A stretch of 64,000 bases of DNA from Bdellovibrionota bacterium (lineage in GTDB: Bacteria; Bdellovibrionota_G; JALEGL01; DATDPG01): positions 2,752,001 through 2,816,000 of the forward strand of contig OY764265.1 in assembly GCA_963668355.1 (NCBI GenBank). The letters run 5' to 3'. The position numbers and the translations under genes are program-made. Positions 59,165-64,000 of the stretch are shown here, piece by piece (position 1 is the first letter of the stretch; each line of letters begins with the position of its first letter). The notes beneath the pieces were generated by a model, which was given only the letters and a program-made list of their open reading frames with translations, was not told the DNA's origin and made no database searches.

Positions 59165-61438
59165 GTGTTCAATACGATTGTCGCATTACTATTATTCATT
59201 CCAGGAAGTCTCTTTGCTTCCAACGCAACCACACCATCTTACATCATCCAGCTCGATGGTGCTCAACTTCTTGAAAGAGATCTTACACGGCCTTTGCCAG
59301 AGAATGAACTTTCTGAGTTGAAAACCTTCTTTCAAAAGGCCTCCAAACAATCGAAAAAAGGGGTCACACGCAAGGATGAGATCCATATGGCCCTAGGCCT
59401 TCTGGAAATCCAGGATCTTCGCCCCTCTCAAGCCATCAAACAATTTGGCAAAGTCCCAGCAACCTCCCCCCTTTCCGAGTACGCGCTTTTTTACCTTGGA
59501 AAAGCTCACCGACTGGCCGGGATTTCGGCCGAAGAGAAACGAAAGTGGACCCAAAGTCATACCCACTGTTTTTCGGCCAAACGCGTTTTTCAAGAGTTGT
59601 CGGATCGAGGTTCGGAGATTTTTCCAACTGAACGCCAACATGAACGAAATGAAGCTCACAAATGTTGGTTACGCTCCCTGGTTCATCGCAGGCATTACAC
59701 GGAAGCCTATCCGTATTTATTGCAGATTATCCAAGAGAACTCTGAACTCACGCCAGAAGAGCTGGAGTGGTTTTTATTGGGTGTGGTCCGATCCCTAAAA
59801 GCCCAAAAAAGAAACGAAGAGGCTCAGCTTTTGATCGAAAACTACGTGGATCGATACCCGACGTTTTCCAGGTTAAAAAAGGAAAGACGAAAAACCGCCA
59901 ACGCTCCGGAAGAAACCAATGCCAGACGCTCCATTCCCTCAGAAGTCCAAAAACGCGTTCCCATGGACGTCAAACTTCCAGAAGATCATGACTATGAAAA
60001 ATTAATTCAAAGTCTTCGCCGAAAAAAATGGTCGCAGGCCACGAGGCGGTTGGTATCTTTGTTTAAAAAATACCCTGGCTCCGAAGCCACACAAAGAGCA
60101 GAAGGTCTTCTTCCTTCTCTTCTTTCCAGCCTTATTCATGAGAACGCCCTCTCGCGTACCAACATAAACCGCTTGAAGGATCTTCCCTCGCTTCCGCTTT
60201 ATTCGATTGCTAAGACCCTTTGGACATCCGAGAAACACGACGAAGCCGCAAAACTTTTGGAACATTTGATCGATCGAGATCCGGCCTCTTCAAAGGCCAG
60301 CAATGCCCTCTATGTGTTGGCCCGAATTCAAGAAGATAAATTGGAATGGAAGGATGCACGAGAGTACTACCAACAACTGGTCCAAGGATATTCAGCCAGT
60401 TCTTTTTATCTTCGATCTCGATTCAAACTTCCCTGGTTGAGTTATCTACTCGGGGACTACAAGGAAGCCATTCATGGATTCGAACAAGAGTTGGCTTTGT
60501 CCAAAGGACCTCGTTACGAAGGGCAGGCCCTCTATTGGATGGCAAAGGCCTATGACGGCTTGAACCAACCCAAAAAAGCACAAGAGTTGAGAGATCGCCT
60601 GGCTCAAAATGCCCCTCTCACCTACTACGCTGTGTTAATCCAGAGACTTCCCCATATTGAAAAGGTCCCTTTTCCACCCATAAAAACCCCAAAAAATTTC
60701 TGGAGCGAACAATCTCTGCAAAAAGCGATGTCTTTAATGGCCGCAGGGTTGCCCCAAGAAGCTGCGAAAGTCCTTCAGACCCTTCGAACCAACGATCCGG
60801 GATTAAAAAGGCGCATCGCTCAATTGTTTCAGATTGCTTCCAACCACCCTCCAGCCATTTCACAAGCGTATCGGGATTTAATTGGAAAGGGCTCCCCTCC
60901 TTTGCCCCTGCATCTCATGGAACTTTTCTTTCCCGTTGAACACGAACACCTCATTCAAAAAGAGGCCACCGAACAAGGACTGGACCCCATTTTGATCCAA
61001 TCCCTCATCAAACAGGAAAGCGCCTACAAAAAAGAGGCCGTCAGCCGGGCTGGTGCCCTAGGCCTCATGCAGTTGATGCCTCGAACGGCCCGAAACGTGG
61101 CCAAAAAAAACAAACACCCTCTTCAATCCAACGAAGAGATCTTAGAGTCCGAAACCAATATTTTATTGGGGACCCGTTATTTGGCAGAAATTCTAAAAAG
61201 GTTTGATGGAAATTTGGTTTACGCATTGGCTTCATATAACGCAGGACCCAATCGCGTTGCATCGTGGGTCGAAGCTTGGAAGAGTCTCCCCACAGACGTT
61301 TTTGTGGAGCTGATGCCCTTAGACGAAACCCGAAATTACGTAAAGTCAATTGTCAGAAACCGTGCTTTTTACACTTACTTACGAACACTAAACAAGAATC
61401 AACTTCCTGAATCAGATGTCTCCACAGCTCGTCCTTAG
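59165..61438 (+). CDS. slt: Soluble lytic transglycosylase with TPR superhelix
   Basis: IKQES, SRAGALGLMQLMP, ASYNAGP and ETRNYV. Confidence 0.9.
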   Translation: MFNTIVALLLFIPGSLFASNATTPSYIIQLDGAQLLERDLTRPLPENELSELKTFFQKASKQSKKGVTRKDEIHMALGLLEIQDLRPSQAIKQFGKVPATSPLSEYALFYLGKAHRLAGISAEEKRKWTQSHTHCFSAKRVFQELSDRGSEIFPTERQHERNEAHKCWLRSLVHRRHYTEAYPYLLQIIQENSELTPEELEWFLLGVVRSLKAQKRNEEAQLLIENYVDRYPTFSRLKKERRKTANAPEETNARRSIPSEVQKRVPMDVKLPEDHDYEKLIQSLRRKKWSQATRRLVSLFKKYPGSEATQRAEGLLPSLLSSLIHENALSRTNINRLKDLPSLPLYSIAKTLWTSEKHDEAAKLLEHLIDRDPASSKASNALYVLARIQEDKLEWKDAREYYQQLVQGYSASSFYLRSRFKLPWLSYLLGDYKEAIHGFEQELALSKGPRYEGQALYWMAKAYDGLNQPKKAQELRDRLAQNAPLTYYAVLIQRLPHIEKVPFPPIKTPKNFWSEQSLQKAMSLMAAGLPQEAAKVLQTLRTNDPGLKRRIAQLFQIASNHPPAISQAYRDLIGKGSPPLPLHLMELFFPVEHEHLIQKEATEQGLDPILIQSLIKQESAYKKEAVSRAGALGLMQLMPRTARNVAKKNKHPLQSNEEILESETNILLGTRYLAEILKRFDGNLVYALASYNAGPNRVASWVEAWKSLPTDVFVELMPLDETRNYVKSIVRNRAFYTYLRTLNKNQLPESDVSTARP

Positions 61439-61671
61439 TTTCAAAAAATACTGATTTAAAATGGACGATTCCAAGAAAAACAGCTTGGCATCTATGTTGC
61501 AGAGGCGTGCGTCGCATTAACATGTTAACCGATGGTTTCCGGAATATTGGCCGCAACCCTGCATATGGACCAGGTTTAATCGATGCTTTTTGTTGACATT
61601 GACCTCTTTTCCCCATACAACAATCGACATCGTAATTTTGTTTTAACCACAGAGCACAAGGAGAAGCTCAC

Positions 61672-61950
61672 ATGACAAAAGCAGAACTGGTCGAAAAAGT
61701 ATGCACAAGCCTCAAACATCGAGAACTTTCCAAAGCTGCAGTGAATGAAATTGCAGACTGCATGTTTGAACACCTCGCCAAAGGCGTGAAGAAAGACAAA
61801 AGATTCACGTATCCTGGATTTGGTACTTGGACTGTGCGTACTCGAAAAGCCCGCAAAGGCCGAAATCCTCAAACTGGCGCAGTGATCAACATTCCTGCCA
61901 GCAAGACGATCGGTTTCCGTCCTTCTCCTGAGCTGAAAAACAGCCTCTAA
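61672..61950 (+). CDS. hup: HU family DNA-binding protein
   Basis: MTKAEL, GFGT, RKGRNPQTG; AAGGAG RBS. Confidence 0.92.
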   Translation: MTKAELVEKVCTSLKHRELSKAAVNEIADCMFEHLAKGVKKDKRFTYPGFGTWTVRTRKARKGRNPQTGAVINIPASKTIGFRPSPELKNSL

Positions 61951-61969
61951 GTTTTAGGACGTATTGATT

Positions 61970-62005
61970 AAAAGCCCGTCTCTCACAAGGAGACGGGCTT
62001 TTTTT
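61970..62005 (+). terminator. Intrinsic terminator of the HU gene
   Basis: AAAAGCCCGTCTC..GAGACGGGCTTTTTTT. Confidence 0.85.
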
Positions 62006-62227
62006 ATGTGCATTTTTGAACTAGACATGAAAGTCAGAAGGCACTAAAAACGCTCCCAGTTCAAAGAACTGGACCCAAGTAGAGTGGATCTTAAGAAACG
62101 CAACACTTGGCTCAGGTCGGGGCGTCCGCCGTCGCCTTTTAAAAAAGGCTATGGCGTGACAGGTAGAATCAACACGGTTTGTTCTGCCATATCAAACCAC
62201 GGCATAGTTCGGAGAACGTAGCCGGGT

Positions 62228-62304
<77 letters not shown>

Positions 62305-62309
62305 TTAGT

Positions 62310-62340
62310 AAAAGGCCTCCGCTTTTTGCGGGGGCCTTTT
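62310..62340 (+). terminator. Terminator after tRNA-Pro
   Basis: AAAAGGCCTCCGC..GCGGGGGCCTTTT. Confidence 0.75.
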
Positions 62341-62555
62341 GCTATTTGTAATGGGAATGGATTTGAACCAAAAGGAAAGCAAACTGCGCCACCTTCTCCC
62401 TCCCCTCACCCAGAAAAAGCCTCAAATCATGAACAACCAATCACGTGATTCAATACGAGCAGTTTGCGAATCGGGTTTTAGGGGTTCTTATGACGAAGGA
62501 ATTAGAACCCCTTATGTCAAAAATGATCTGGTTTGATGTCCAGATCGTTTTTGAC

Positions 62556-62616
62556 CAAATCCAGTCGCCCCGACCATAAACAAAAGCCTTCCACCATTTC
62601 GGGTGGGAGGCTTTTG
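62556..62616 (+). repeat. Copy 2 of the tRNA-Pro 3' end (22 bp) plus terminator hairpin
   Basis: CAAATCCAGTCGCCCCGACCAT is identical to 62284-62305; hairpin at 62581-62616. Confidence 0.9.
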
Positions 62617-62720
62617 CTTTTTGGCGGGGTGGTTTTACAACAACAAAATTGAGCCGGCACCGCGCGAAGCGTGGTGGCGAAATTTTCCCCCTGGGATTCT
62701 ACGCGACGCGAGTCGCGTGC

Positions 62721-62778
62721 AATCCAGTCGCCCCGACCATAAAAAAAAGCGGGAGACCTAGGCCTCCCGCTTTTTTTT
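62721..62778 (+). repeat. Copy 3 of the tRNA-Pro 3' end (20 bp) plus bidirectional terminator
   Basis: AATCCAGTCGCCCCGACCAT, then A8-GCGGGAG..CTCCCGC-T8. Confidence 0.9.
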
Positions 62779-62798
62779 CGAAATACTTATTTTTCGAT

Positions 62799-64000
62799 TT
62801 ATTGAAACAACGCCATTTCCATTGATTCCAATGGAACATGATGACGCCGACTATGGGTGACGATCCACTCTAATAAGGGCTCCCATGCGAGTTCCATCGC
62901 GTTATCTGCCGTCCATAAGTCAATATGTCCGAAATCAAGATAAGCTTCCTCTTCGGGATGAAGAGATACGATGAAGGAGGAAACGTCCTGACTCCCTACC
63001 AAAGTAGTGGAATAAAGACCGGCCTCACCTTCTCCTCCAGCAGCTCCCAAATAGAAAAGTGGAACTTCAATATCACTCAAGTGATCATCAAAAGGCAAAT
63101 CCACATCTCCGCAACCGAGCATGAAATACTCCGTCACAAATTTTGTGGGACCATAGGGTTTTGCATTTGCCATAAAATCCAACCATCCATCTACGCTCGT
63201 ATACTGCAAACCGGTAGGCAGAAAGTCTTCGTCAAACGTTCCCGCTAACAATTGTTTTCCAAACGAAGGATCTTGATACGAACCAAATCCAATCGCGGCT
63301 TGAAGGTTTGTAAAACCTTCCCAATCGGGATCGGGAGACATGCCATAAGGATCTTCTTGAGCCATCTGACCTAAGAAAATGAAATAGGCTCCGAAGGTAT
63401 CCTCGTACACACCTTGATCATAAAGGTCTTGATAAAACCAAGCATAATCACAGTAACCCGGTTGATATTCGGGCTCCATATGAATGACGCCGTCGGCAAC
63501 AATGAAACCTTTTACGTTGCGTTTCCAGGAAGGAAGTTGCGCCTCTTGGGCCAGATATGCATAGGCCGTAGGCACCCCACTGCTATAACCCAATAAATTC
63601 ATTTTGCCGATGCCACTTCCTGTTAAGAGTCGGGTGAGTCTGGCGACTTCCAACCCCGTCTTCAAACTGTCAATGGCGTACTGCAAACCCCAATCGGCCA
63701 TAAAAGAAAAGTCCGCCGTATCTTCGGGTACCTGCATCCACGGTTGGTCAATGCCCCAAACATCAACATTGTTTTGGGCCAAGAAAACCGCAACGCTTTG
63801 TTCTTCAGAAACTGCGTCGGTTCGAGAGCCATATAAAAACTTGGTCTCAAAAGAAATGGCATCTCCATGCAAAAAGAACACATTCTTTTTCATTTTTTTT
63901 GGCAGATAGGGAGCGCGTTCGCGCACAACGCGGTGAAGTTTAATAACATCGTGGGGACCATTGCCAACCGGGAATTCAAATGTGTAGTGAACCACATCGT
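62799..64000 (-). CDS. Alpha/beta hydrolase-fold protein (5' end outside the window)
   Basis: FLHG, GYSSG nucleophile elbow, FGHID. Confidence 0.75.
   Translation of the reverse strand, partial: DVVHYTFEFPVGNGPHDVIKLHRVVRERAPYLPKKMKKNVFFLHGDAISFETKFLYGSRTDAVSEEQSVAVFLAQNNVDVWGIDQPWMQVPEDTADFSFMADWGLQYAIDSLKTGLEVARLTRLLTGSGIGKMNLLGYSSGVPTAYAYLAQEAQLPSWKRNVKGFIVADGVIHMEPEYQPGYCDYAWFYQDLYDQGVYEDTFGAYFIFLGQMAQEDPYGMSPDPDWEGFTNLQAAIGFGSYQDPSFGKQLLAGTFDEDFLPTGLQYTSVDGWLDFMANAKPYGPTKFVTEYFMLGCGDVDLPFDDHLSDIEVPLFYLGAAGGEGEAGLYSTTLVGSQDVSSFIVSLHPEEEAYLDFGHIDLWTADNAMELAWEPLLEWIVTHSRRHHVPLESMEMALFQ

Overview
Bacterial chromosome segment, most consistent with a Bdellovibrionota/Myxococcota-type (former Deltaproteobacteria) organism: it carries Glt gliding-type genes, cdaA-cdaR-glmM-pdxJ and sigma54 motifs. 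The backbone is housekeeping (pepA, der, rnc, mtaB, nadD, mnmA, lysC, tsaE, nnr, pdxJ, glmM, cdaA/cdaR, ftsH, tilS, bamB/yfgM-like, slt, HU, and tRNA-Met, -Leu and -Pro). Accessory or unexplained parts: (i) a 9.6-18.3 kb signalling island with a 7TM double hybrid kinase, two paralogous stand-alone receivers, an HTH switch with tandem operators, and a divergent AT-rich PilZ-PilZ-GNAT-like plus ICMT-family methyltransferase pair, which may be a signal synthase/receptor cassette; (ii) a contiguous Glt/Nfs-like operon; (iii) an AmmeMemoRadiSam operon; (iv) a 162-bp x 3.4 structured tandem repeat directly behind tRNA-Leu, with one stem replaced but still pairing; (v) repeated tRNA-Pro 3' ends, each followed by a terminator; (vi) a promoter-hairpin-terminator unit at about 4.2 kb that looks like an sRNA; (vii) several 32-36 aa ORFs missing from the ORF track. 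No CRISPR array, cas gene, integrase or transposase was seen. All calls come from manual motif reading; no database searches were run.
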